DNA of 64,000 nt from Raillietiella orientalis (Eukaryota), in assembly GCA_036172245.1 (NCBI GenBank), contig JAYWIR010000004.1:3658001-3722000 (forward strand), given 5' to 3'. Below, piece after piece: positions 1 to 12,207 of the stretch. How positions within the stretch are numbered: the stretch's first letter is position 1; every line of letters begins with the position of its first letter. The position numbers and the translations under genes were made by a program. Under the pieces are notes generated by a model. The model was not told where the DNA came from. It worked only from the letters and a program-made list of their open reading frames with translations, and ran no database searches.

Positions 1-3000
1 CAGCAATTATACTGAACCTCCAAGAAAATCTATAGCATTCCATTAAATCGAACTTTCGTGCTGAAACAGCCACAAACGAGACAAGGAAATCACTTTCAAA
101 GTTTGGTCCCCAATCTAACGCATAATTCTTTCGCCCTTTACTAAAGAATTCCGTGGATGGGGACGTGTAAATGAGTCTTTAGACGAATTTTCAGAAGACG
201 TTCATGCATTCCATCAGAAACCGAAAGCTTCCCCCTCTTCCTTGATGCTTCTTGCGCAGAGGGTCCTGTGGTGGTACATTTCCACGGATACCGTAGTGCA
301 GTATTACTTACCTCTTCTTAGCATTGATCGTAAATAAATCATGTCGGAAATTCTCAAAACACGATTTCACACGTTGCAAGCTTGAAATGCTAGGGCCAGT
401 ATGGTCTTTGCTTCCATTAATTGAGTCAGGGAACCTTAGATGTCAAATTACTGGAATCAATATTTACGTAGACTGCACGAGAGAATATTTATGTATTCCT
501 CCTTATTTGCCTACCTTCCGCTAAATCTTTCTTCTTTGCTTTCGACAGTTTTTTCGCGTTGTTGTTGTTGTTGTTTCGTGCCTTGCCGACTGTCTCAGAA
601 TACATACAGTTTTGTGGTACACAACACAAGTTCCGTGTTTAAGTCCACATTGTGACCATCTTTCCATTTGTTTTCTTCCATTGTTCCGTTTCTTTCGTTA
701 AAGTCACGAGTCCTGCTTCTGCAGATGAAACAGCCAGTTTGGCGAGATATACTCGGAAACGATTCTTCCCTGATACTCTGGGTTTTGCAGCTTGCTGCGG
801 TGTTTAAATTATCCATCGCAGGTCTTTTTGATCTGCCACTAGTTCAGTCGCTAATCTTCTGTTTGGTGAACACATGTGAACATTATGAAACTTATGAAAC
901 AAGATCCACCAAGCTCATCACGCATGTTCGTTTCTCGCCAGTCGTCTGCTTTGTTTTCTAATTTTTTCCATAAAGTAAGAGACAAAGATTGTGGAAGCAA
1001 GTAGATGACTACCATAAACAATAAAGTTACCGAGACGAACATCTGTACTATGCGCAGTTAACCCAGATGGTGGTCGATGTCTCAGAATGCCTTGAGTTCA
1101 TCACATTTTAGTAAATTTTATTGCAGCAATCGGATAGAATGCACACATCCTTTCAATTCAGTGTCTAATCCTATTTTGGTTGCCTCTGATATATTCTTTT
1201 CACACACATTCAGAGCGCTCCAAGAGGGAAGGGAGTTCCCTTGGATGAGTTTAGCCGAACGATTATCACTGCAACATTCATGGGTACTCGGACAATTTTT
1301 TGAATGATTTTTTTTTTCATTTTTACACAGATGTCATTGCAACTAGTTTCTCTGACTTTCTGAAGTTTCGAGGTTTTATTAATCCAAAAACTGATTCTTC
1401 AAAAGCAGGTGAATGACATGAAATACGAGATCATCGACTACTATCAAATTACAATAAAGATAATCAGAGATCGTTACTTGGAAATCTCTAGTGCTTAGGA
1501 GCTTGATGACGACTTGATCGTATCCTTTTCTTTCACTCTAGTATCTTGGGTTCCTCTAGTAGTGCCATACCTAGAGGTTGTTCTAGGTTGCTCCAGTTGC
1601 ATCCGTAGATGCATTATGCGTTTCTTACCATAGCTCTCAAATTAAATCCTTGGATGGTGTAGTAGCCTTCTCTTTTGCATGATTGCTGATTTTTAGACGA
1701 GCAAATCAATTTTCATATTGATCGTATGCATTTTACATATGCTTCCACTATCTGGATAGAAATCAGCTTTGTGATCTTTTATTTGGTTTGTTGTTTAGTA
1801 GGAAGCAAGCCGGCTCTGAGGTCTGTTCGGTTGCAGCTACTCCTCGTTAGTTTGTACATTTAGGAAAATTCTGAGGATTTCAGAATTCGGTGAAACTGGT
1901 TCCTGCCGTCATTCCAAGCCATAAAAATCCATAACAAATTTCCATTTAATTATTTAATTATTATTTTGAAAGCAAATATTCGTTTTGATCTTTGAATTTC
2001 TGCCTGTTTCGAGCTCAGAACGTGTTGGAGCGTGAAAAAAAAAAAAAAAACAGCACAGTGTTTGTGATGTCCATGAGTTCGATGCTTCCTTTCTAAAGTC
2101 TCGATCCAACACAGAGGAGAGTTTCAAACACTCTCAAGAAGTTTTCACTGGCAACAAGATTTCAGAAGCAGAGCAGTATTTTCCACTCTTTAAGTGAAGG
2201 GAAAATTATGACTTTGTGAATCACAGTAATTTAATGCACAAGTTACGAGATGGAGGGATGCCAGTGCTTCTTTGTAGCTTCTGAAAATGTTGTGAATAAG
2301 ATATGAGGATGACATCAGGCAACCTTCATGATTTAAGGACGTAAAACCCGAACGGAATGGTGTTGTCATCAGGAAAGCCATGTTGAACTTGGGTTGCTCA
2401 TCTTATGTTGGTCTGAAATGAAAGTAAAAAAAAAATGGACCACGCGAAAATAAAAAAAAAAGGGGGGGGGGGAGGAAAAGTTTCCTCATTTTTACAAGAA
2501 TTTTATGAAGGGCTCCGGATGAAAAATTCGGAGGGAAAAAAGAAAAACTCCAAGTGCAAAAAATGCTAGAAATGATTAGAGAGTATCCTTCGACTTCATC
2601 CTTCAAAAGCATTTTGACCGAGAGCAGTTTATTGTTCCAGATGTTTTTTCTTTGCTATTCGAACAAGAAAAGAAGGCAAAACATTCTTCCGATTGGTACT
2701 CTTCATTTTAGCATCGTGGGTTGTTGATTCAGCAGAAACTTTTGATGCCTTTCTAAAACCGATTAAATCCTAAACCAGGGATGCACTTTCACTACGTTGA
2801 GATGCTTTCTTGTCTGAGAAGGCATCTGATTACAATGAAAGAACCTGAATAAAAAGAAATCTGAAATCTAAATTAGAATTTGAGAAATGGAAATAGATAT
2901 TCACAGATTTAGACTGATCTGGAAAGACTACGGAAAACTGGATCGCTTTAGATTTTTTTTCTCGTCGCTTATACCATTCAAAATATACAACATGCTTTCT

Positions 3001-3872
3001 TTTGTTTTCAGCAAACATCCGCGTTTACGCAGATTTGTTTCTGTTCCGCAGAGGAATCTACCGCTCCAGTGCTGGCAACACTAACGCGTATTTCAACTAT
3101 CATTCTGTAAGAATCGTTGGATGGGGAGTCAAAAAAGGGATCAAATTCTGGGTAAGACTGAATTTTTAAATGGAGCTGTAAAAGTAGAAATTTGCAAAAC
3201 TTTGTGGAGTGTGATATTTTTAGACTTTTGCGTCTCCCTACCTCCCCTCTCTCTCTTCCCGCATCCTATCTGCTTCACCAAGTTATCCTTAGATGCCATC
3301 TCCACAGTGACATCCACACCTAAGAAAACCTACCCGTGCTTGCTTACTGATTTGTTCGAAAATAAATCCTTGGCTGATGTTTCGAAGTATCAGTCGATGA
3401 ACTGCCTAAGACAGCCATTGCGATTTTCTAAATTTCAATTACTGTTTATTGAGATGCTGATAGTACGTGTAGATGTACAACCAAAGAATCAGATGCTGAC
3501 ATTAATTTTGATTAACAATTAATGTTATTGTTTTCATTCTCTTACTAGACGGTCGCTAATTCCTGGGGAGAATCTTGGGGCGAAAAAGGATTCTTCCGAA
3601 TCTTCAGAGGAAATAACGAATGTGACATAGAAAAGTACGTCTTCGCATTCTAGGAGAAAAAAAAAAAAAAAAAAAAAACGCCGTAAAATTCCTGAGCACC
3701 ACTGGAGTCATCTCTTTCTGCTCACCATTGGTTCAAGTCCGCACGTTATGCTAGTCCTGCAAATCTTATGTTTGGTTTGAAGATTCCTTCATTTTGAATG
3801 GCATATTCCCCATATGTCTCGTTTCATTTCTGCTGCCACCATGCAAGTTCGGAATAAAGAGTCTTTGTAAAA

Positions 3873-3874
<2 letters not shown>

Positions 3875-3913
<39 letters not shown>
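3875..3913. repeat. (AC)n microsatellite
   Basis: Uninterrupted AC run of about 19 units. Confidence 0.95.
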
Positions 3914-3914
<1 letters not shown>

Positions 3915-6900
3915 CATCCACGGTATTTTGAATTCTCTTCGAAAAGTAGCATCATCAAATGTGTCTTCCCTCTTTGGAAATGTGCTTTACAGACCTCATT
4001 CCAAGGTCACATTATAAAAATTGGTCAGCATTCCTGAAGCGAAGTGGTAATGCAGCGTTTTCGTGGCTTTTCACTTCCCATTGTTTTACAATATACATCT
4101 AGTCGTGAACAAGTGATTTCTGCACCTTCTGCAAGTCGGCTGCAATCAATCATTGCCAATCATTTACTTCTTGTCCAGAAAGAACCTCATCATTAATTGC
4201 TACGATGATGGAAGGAAGAAGCTGCGCAGACGTACACCCTTTCTGGAGTTCGCAAAGCGCTTGGTCTTCGATAACAACATTTACTTCCTCTTCCCCAAAT
4301 AAATTCATCGACCAGAATCATCAGATCACATTGTCACGATGAACCATTTTATGTGTCATTATTCTTACTTTATTGCACTTTTGAGACGATTAATGTCTGC
4401 AAAATGCATTCACATTTGGCTACCCTTGTAATTCATGCTGAGATAAAAATGATCCTCTTAGTTCAATATCTCGTTGTCTCAATCCTTTGTGTGTATGTGT
4501 TTATCTCCAGATGGATGCATAAATCTTGAGTTCATCAGAATATCGTCATCACTGAATGAACCGTTCTCACAACTGCTATATCCTCCACCTGTCAGGATTT
4601 TACATTTGACCATCGGCTCCCTGGTTGCTTCAGTGGGAGTTTTTATCTGCGTAACTGCTTCAAGTTTTTTTGTTTTTTTTTTACGTATAAAAATTTCAGT
4701 TTTCCTAATGTAAGAATCGTTAAACATTGAATAAATGATCAGCATACTTTTCTGCATTTTAAGTACATGGCCTTTCTCCCGTTGAAATGATGAGTAGAAT
4801 TCCACGTGGTTCAATGACGTTAAATTTGCCATCAGTTTTCTTAGATAAGATTGTCAACCCAACAGTGAGCATGGAAGATTCAATACGTGAAGATACTTGA
4901 ATCCGAGTCTGCTACAACACAAAAAGGGATCAAAGAAAAAAGGAGGCTGCACTGGTATTCTTGATTAAGAACTACTATTTATCAAGCATAAACAGGTCAA
5001 TTAAGAATGCCTAAACAGGTCAATTAAAATTTTCAGGATAATGGAGATGAGAAAAGATTACCCTCAGTTGCTTAGAATATTCATTGAAATCTTGGTGAAA
5101 TCTATTCTCTTTCCCGACTCCCTTGATCGATCTTTCTATTTTTACGTTTCGCTTCTCTATATGCACTCATTTTTATAGATATCTTTTTAGTGAGCTTTAT
5201 ATCTTTTTTTCTTCTCCTTCTTGATAGATTAATGGGTGTTCGGCATTCTCATTCTATATTCATTGCTGACTCTTACGGAAAATATTAATGTACAGTCCAG
5301 AAGAAAAAGTCTATCCTGAAGCAGAATCAGGCGTAATAAAATTTTGGAAAAAAAACTATATTTCAAAAACCTCATCATGTAAAAATAAGTAATACATAAT
5401 GCACACATAATAATTTTTGCAGCTGTTTTGATCAATAAATGATTCGAGGTTTCCTTTCTTCTCTGTACTTTTTATCAATGTCTTCCGTCCTTCTGTTTGA
5501 GTTTCAATACAATTTCCTATTCTCGTCTGTACGTCTCCATAAACTTTGGGATTCAGCGTGCACACTCTGTCGTTTCGGATTATACCATAACGGCTTAGCA
5601 GTTTCATCCTTTGTACTTTCACCACACCTTTCCAGTTTGCTGGCTTGCTTTTCAAGCATTTTCCTTCGATCCAAATAGATTTTAATATTAATAAATATCA
5701 TTAATGTTTATTGATACTGAAGTACGTAGCAAACGTAGTTGCTCCTAGCTGTGAAATAACATCTTGTTTCTGTAATTTGGAGCAAGGAAGTAAACTGAAC
5801 AGGGCCAATTAGATGATGCTGTAATTCCTCATGCAATGCAGAGATCACCTTTTCATTTTCTGAATGACTGCAAATTAACATGATCCAAAAAACTTTCTTT
5901 AAATACATTTTCTGGTATGAAGTCGAGACCGTCGCTGATGATCGGAGCTATGAAAAAAGTTGCCAATCAGTTTATCAATCATTAACGAACTGCTTATTTC
6001 TTCGACGTATTTACAGATTTTTCAATGTTTAGATCTTCTTAAACATTGCAGTGTGCTTGAAATTTACATATAATCACAAATTAATTCTGCTTTTATGGAA
6101 ATGCTGTTTTTACTTCGTATGTTTGTGCACGCATCCTTTTTGTTTTCATTACATGGGATGTTTTTGCAGCTAACGCAAAAATTACTGAGATGACCAATCT
6201 ACTGCAGATGATGAACTGCTGCATGATGATAAACTGATTTGAAATATTTCCGTGAATAAGAAACCTGCATCAAGGAAATCCACGCAATGGGAGAATTAGG
6301 ATAGAAGAGTGAATAGTTAGTTTTAAATGCAAAAAACTCTAAAAACTCTATCTGACCTCAAAGCTTTCGATGTAAATGATAAATTCAATTTTTTTAGAAA
6401 AAAAAAAATGATTGGAAGATATACATCTCCTTTGCATTAAACAAGAAATCGGTAGTATTGTATGACTTACATCGTTCTTTCATTCTCAGATCAGTATTCT
6501 TTGTTCATAAGAAACATAGAACATCTCAACGCCATAAGCGAGAGAAGAAAGATTCTCTAACACGAAAGTTTATCAGTCAGTCCAACTGTAATAACCGATT
6601 AAAGAACTCTTCAAACCCAAAATCTCACGTTTATAGGTGGTGAGATGACGTAATGTGAGAGAGATGTCTGCAAAACCTCTTAGTTTGAAAATGGAAAAAT
6701 ACCTCCTCTAATTCATGTTATTCACAGAACTTGAAACCCGAGAGCCAAGCTGTGCAGAATAGATGTGGCTGAGTTATTCTTCATTCCTGTGATTCACCTG
6801 ATTTTCTGAGTATATCTAGAAGTGCTGCTGCCAACTTGCTCATCGTTTGGACTCTGCTTATGCGGCCACGCAGCATCTCGGAACATGAAAGAAATTCTGC

Positions 6901-8214
6901 AGAGTGCCAGCGGAGCGCGGCATCTATGAAATGGAAATAGATACTGGTTTGGAAAAAATGAAAACTGGAAAATATATTATGGATTATTACACACTACTTG
7001 CCCTTGTGTACAAATGATTGCTTAGGGACATTCATTCATTGGAAATCTGTAACTTTTTCTCAGAAAAGCATACAAGTGTCTTTCATTAATCTTCAAGAGG
7101 ATAAAATATTGGTGAATAATAATTTGAGCAAGTGTTCCAAAAATCTAATGAAACATTTCCTTTCCTTCAGAACCTTACAATATCTTTATTTAGGTAAGTA
7201 CATTAGCATGAATTTCTCTATCTTATTTTCTCATCAAGTTTCCATTTATTTAGTACACTTTCGTTTCCAATGAGCTTCTATAAGTCCCTGATACTTATCG
7301 ATTCCTTCTTGAAATCTCCACATAAGAAATTAATCCATGCATAACTAAATTCTGATGAGGAAGTGCAAGAAAATAGACGATCGATATGTAAGTATTATAG
7401 TCCATGAGAATCGAGCCGTAAAAGGCCTCAGCCTTTCCTATTAATATACAGAAATATCATCTACCGAAAACTACGAGCCTTCATGCGAATCATTTTCTTG
7501 ATCATACTTCCGTAGAGGAAATATTTGCTCTTCTGAGTATGCATTATATTTCCATGGAAAATCAGGAAATGATGGAAATTTTCATAAAATGTGCTTTATT
7601 GCAAACAATTTCATCCGATAAATGGAGTTCCATTAAATGGCTTTATGCATAAGAAATTCAGCCTTGAATTTGTCGGGCAGATGGATTTTACGTGAAATTA
7701 AATGCATTCATGAACTGGTATGCTCTCTTAATGAATTGTTGAGAAATGATTTTGTTAGGCCTCATAAGCGAAGGAATTTCATGGTCTGTAATTGCGTAAT
7801 CCGTATAATTTTCTTATGAGTTGCTTTCGTTGTTTGGCCACTGTTAGGTACGAAACGATTCGTAGCATCTGTAATGTTAATATGCCCTTTGAAATCAAAA
7901 TTGTTCTATCAATCGGTTTGGTCCATCAGTAGTTTACTTCATTTGAAAGCAAGTCTATATGTCATACTTGAACTTGAAATCACGTATGTAACGTGAAAAC
8001 ATGTGTATGATGAAATAATCGATATTGGCAAAAGACGCTGAATATTTAATTTGCCACAGCTATTCAGAGTTTGTTTTCTTGGATGACAATTTGCTGTTAA
8101 GTTCCTTCACAAAATATTAATCCTTTAATTGTGTCACCAATCAGGTGATCTCAAAACACCAAAATATGCATCAAAAAACCAAAATACTTCTTTGGGAATT
8201 ATAAAAACTTGTTC

Positions 8215-11200
8215 ATGATGCTGATGCTACAAGTGCTCGTCTTTATATATGCTGGGTTTCTATCAGCACTTGCTGGAGATTTCTACAGTTTGCTAGGAAT
8301 ATCTAGGGATGCAGATAGCAAAGATATCAGAAAAGCTTTTAAAAAGCTAGCATTAGTAATGCATCCTGATAAGAATACAGTTGAGTATGATATTAATGTT
8401 TCTTTAGATTTCCATCTTTTGCCAGTATGAATAACCAATGCAGTTTATATTATTATAAATTATAAATTCTTGTTTTTAGATGTCATTATATTTCAAGGGT
8501 AATTTGCAGACATAGGATTTAAAGGGTTAAACACAAGCATAAGTAAGCCATGAAAGTTGCAAACTTTTTGTATGTTGTTTTCTGTGGTTCTGGGTTTCCA
8601 ATTTCATTCAGTTTATACTGTCCTCAAGTGTAATTATTATTGTTATTGCATGTGCCTTTTTTTGTGATAAGTACCTGAAAAGTATGTAGTGCTTTTCTCA
8701 GTATTACTTTATCAGTTTGCAGATTCCAAGTCTTCTTTCCGTTTAGCAGTTCTGTCATTTGCAAGTTTTTTTTACACAATTGTTTTGTGTCTTTTTTTAC
8801 AGTGATTTTGCTTATTTGTAGGCAGATCCAGAGGCTCATGAAAAATTTCTACGCCTGAATAGAGCATATGAGACATTAAAGGATCATGAATTGAGGAAAA
8901 AATATGACCTTTATGGTGAAGAAGGTTTAGAGGACTCAGGAAAAACCTATCAGTCTTGGAATTACTACAATGAGAATTTTGGCATTTATGATGATGATGC
9001 TAACGTTGTCACCTTGAGCAGGGTTGAATTTGGTGAGAAAAAACATATTAAGCATCCAGATAATATTCATTAAATCTCTAAGTACATTAAAGTGCAGTCT
9101 ATATCTGAGGACTGTCATTTCTAATTTACGATTTATTAAAAAATCTGTAAATTGAACAAACAATCATCTTGGGTCATTTTTCCCATAGAGGTGGTCACTG
9201 ATTCTAATGTTCCTTGGTTTATCAACTTTTATTCTCCTTATTGCTCCCACTGCCATCATCTGTCACCTGTTTGGAGAAAAGTGGCTCAAGAGTTGCAAGG
9301 AGTGGTTATGATTGCTGCTGTTAACTGTCAAGAAGATGAGTTGTTATGCCATCAAGAAGGCATCCATTCTTATCCAACACTGATTATGTATCCTGAGGTA
9401 TGTAGAATTCGTTTAAGGTTTTATGCTTATTCTAGTCTTTTTTAGAGAAAGTTCTATGTAGGTGATAGGAGTGTTCCAGCCCTAGTAGACTTTGCCTTGA
9501 GTCAGCTAGATCCATTTATACCACAACTCACTTTTCATACATTTGATAATATCTTCAAGGATACAGATCTTCCTTTGCTGATAGTGGCATGCAGAAATGT
9601 ATTTGACTGTCCAGAAGAGGCTACTATTCGAAAATTATCTATAGTGTTGGTTGGTGACGGTATATCACAACATTTTCATGTTTTCCATAGAACTCTTTAG
9701 CATTAGTTGTGCAAGTAAACTGTGAATCAGAGTTTGAAGTATGCCATAAATTGGGTACTCTTGGTACTGAGTTACTACTTTTCCCTAAACATGGAATCCA
9801 TTCTGGACATGGCCAGAAATTAACTACTTTTTCTGCCCAGGAGGTTTTGCAAATGGTTTTCCAAAAGTTCTTCAGTCCTCCTGTCGTGAATAAGGAAAAA
9901 CTTCAGGTTTACTTCACTAATCATGTAGTCCAAGAACTTATTAATTTGTCAGTGGCACATGAGTTCAGGTTATGATGCTTGGTTAGTGAGCTTTAGCAAT
10001 AATTCTACACAAGCATTCCCTCCAGAAGTCATTCAGTTGAGTGTGCAGATTGGTGGCTTAAAACTGGCTTCAGTAGATTGCAAGCAAAGTAGCATCTTTT
10101 GTGAAGAGCTATACTTGAATCAGCTGCCTGCCTACGTGCTATACAAATCTTGGAATGTCTATGAAATATATCATGGCAAAGTAACCATGTATGGTATGGC
10201 ACAATTTGTGCAAGAGTGTGTTCGAGCCACCAGAGTTCAGACACTGACGCCTAAAAACTTTCCTACTAGTTTTGAAAGTGATGTCCTCTGGGTCATTGAC
10301 TTTTTTGCATCTTGGTGTCCACCTTGCTTGCGTTATCTACCTCAGTTACGACAAGCTAGTTACAACCCAGAACTGCCTCATGATACTCAATTTGGGACAG
10401 TAGATTGTGCCCAACATGCTCAGCTGTGTTCCCAATTTGGTATTACTTCTTATCCCACAACAGTAATTTTCTACAGTGGCCAACAACATTCCCATAGTGG
10501 TTGGCAAAGTTCCCAGAGCTTGATTGATTTTATTGGGGATACCTTGAATCCAACAGTTGTAACATTAGGCTTAGAAAATTGGGATGAACTTGTGGTTGGC
10601 AAAGCTCGCACTCATGTATGGGTAGTGGATTTTTTTGCTCCATGGTGCTCTCACTGCCAAAGCTTAGCACCCACATGGCGTCAACTGGCCAAGGTAAATT
10701 TACATATCAGTGTGTGTACAGGATTTGGTGTTTAGGTGATGCAGGAGCATGAGGATGTTCATGTTGGACAAGTGGATTGTACTCAGGAGGCAAGACTTTG
10801 TTCTCGTTTTGCCATTAACTCCTATCCAACCATTGTTCTGATACCAAGTGGAGCTTACAGACACGGACATTTTAAGTATACACAACTCAGGCCGCAAATT
10901 ATTGTTAAATCATGTTTTTTATAGGGAATATCAAGGACACAGAAACTTCAAGTACATGCATCAGTGGATTCTAAGTTATCTTCCCAGTGTTGCACAGGAA
11001 CTTGACACACAAGGATTTGAGTATCTCTTAAGCAGTAAACAGTCATGGATAGTAGACTTTTATGCTCCCTGGTGTGGTCATTGTGTGGAGTATGCACCGG
11101 AATTTGAACAAATTGCAAAGGTCAGTGTACTGATTAAGGTACAGGTAGTATTAATAGGTACAGGCTGTGGAAGGAAAAGTTGCTGCTGGAAAAGTGAATT

Positions 11201-11370
11201 GTCAAATGTATCCTAATATCTGTCAGAGGGCTGGTGTTCGTTCCTACCCCACAGTGCTATTTTATCCTCCCGGTTGGAACCACCCTCAAGGAAAACCTAT
11301 TGGTGATCGCAGATATCGACCTGTGCTTGACTTTTTGACTGCAGCAATCCGCCTTCATGATGAACTGTGA
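8215..11370 (+). CDS. DNAJC10: DnaJ homolog subfamily C member 10 (ERdj5), ER-resident J-domain/thioredoxin disulfide reductase, 9 exons, ~762 aa
   Basis: Exons 8215-8379, 8822-9032, 9189-9397, 9446-9649, 9691-9906, 9953-10693, 10736-10875, 10925-11120, 11164-11370, all GT-AG, total 2289 nt in frame. Hydrophobic signal peptide, J-domain with HPDK and [11 protein letters not shown], four thioredoxin CXXC motifs (CSHC, CPPC, CSHC, CGHC), C-terminal HDEL. Confidence 0.96.
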
Positions 11371-11811
11371 TATTCTCTCTTCACTGCAAGTTTGGACTAT
11401 TTGCAATTAAAGTATTTCCTAACAGTTCCCATAAATATTAAGCTTAATAACATTAGGCCATTGGCAGGGAGACTTGTGAATGTCATTCCTTGATGTACCT
11501 ACCTTTTTGACTTGAGTGGGATATCAGTTTGGTTACATTATAATATGAGGATACAACACTGCATCGATTTTTTTTTTTTTTTTTTTTCCAAGATAAGTAT
11601 GTTGTAGTTGAATTAATTGGCTGCAAAAATAGTCAGATAAGGAGAAATCGTATTGAATGAGCAGTTTATTTGTGGATTAGGGATGGGAGTGATCCATGGG
11701 GGATTTTTCTCACTAGAATTAGAAATGTGGAAGACAGAAGTGATTGAGTTAAAAGTCAGTTGTATTTTTAGGTCATGTGAAGCGATTTTTTTCTTTCTTA
11801 CTCAATGGGTT

Positions 11812-12207
11812 ATGGAGACTGATATTAATGACAAGTTTAATGATATTTTTCTTGTTGAAGACCGAGCTTTTCAACAAGGTTTTGATGAAGGGCATGCTCA
11901 TGGTTTGCAAGAGAATAGTAGTGATACATGGCAGCAGGGATGGCTAGAGGGTACGGATGTAGCTAAAGAATTGGGATTTTGTCATGGAATCATTGCTTTT
12001 TATTCCTCTATCCTATCGACAGAGCAAGCTAGTGAAAGAACACTGCGCTTGTTAAAAGATACTGAAGCCTTGATTAACAACTTAAGGTCTGATGAGGTTG
12101 AAAGTGTGGAAAAGGTCCTAATGGATGTACGAACCAGATTTAAGATGATATGTTCCCTCCTTAAGATCAAGTGTACAAGCTTTTTAAAATGTGAAAACTC
12201 TTTTTAG
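11812..12207 (+). CDS. LTO1: LTO1/ORAOV1-like protein (Yae1/Lto1 family CIA adaptor for ABCE1 maturation), single coding exon, 131 aa
   Basis: First ATG of the ORF at 11812: METDINDKFNDIFLVEDRAFQQGFDEGHAHG...WQQGWLEG...ELGFCHG. Shows the GX3 repeat pattern and the FxxI..(A/E)xRF..G start typical of ORAOV1/LTO1. Size matches the family. Confidence 0.8.
   Translation: METDINDKFNDIFLVEDRAFQQGFDEGHAHGLQENSSDTWQQGWLEGTDVAKELGFCHGIIAFYSSILSTEQASERTLRLLKDTEALINNLRSDEVESVEKVLMDVRTRFKMICSLLKIKCTSFLKCENSF

Noticed and set aside
4989..5027. Direct repeat TAAACAGGTCAATTAA x2 containing AGGTCA half-sites
   Set aside because: Simple 23-bp-period duplication; spacing does not match a standard nuclear-receptor element, and it is not a CRISPR array.
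1..7900. Short ORFs and possible LINE remnants (about 230-520, 3240-3460, 5350-5680)
   Set aside because: No recognisable protein family or spliceable gene model; retroelement-like hints too degenerate to support.
7975..8160. ER-stress element (ERSE/UPRE) upstream of DNAJC10
   Set aside because: CCAAT, ACGTG and a DRE-like AATCGATA (8017-8024) are present, but not CCAAT-N9-CCACG or TGACGTGG; too weak to call.
11653..11811. N-terminal extension of the LTO1 ORF from a TTG start
   Set aside because: Artefact of alternative start codons in the ORF caller. Family similarity begins at ATG 11812 and a splice acceptor lies at 11771.
12089..12104. CTGATGAGGTTGAAA minimal hammerhead-like core
   Set aside because: Lies inside the LTO1 CDS (SDEVES) with no supporting stems; coincidental.
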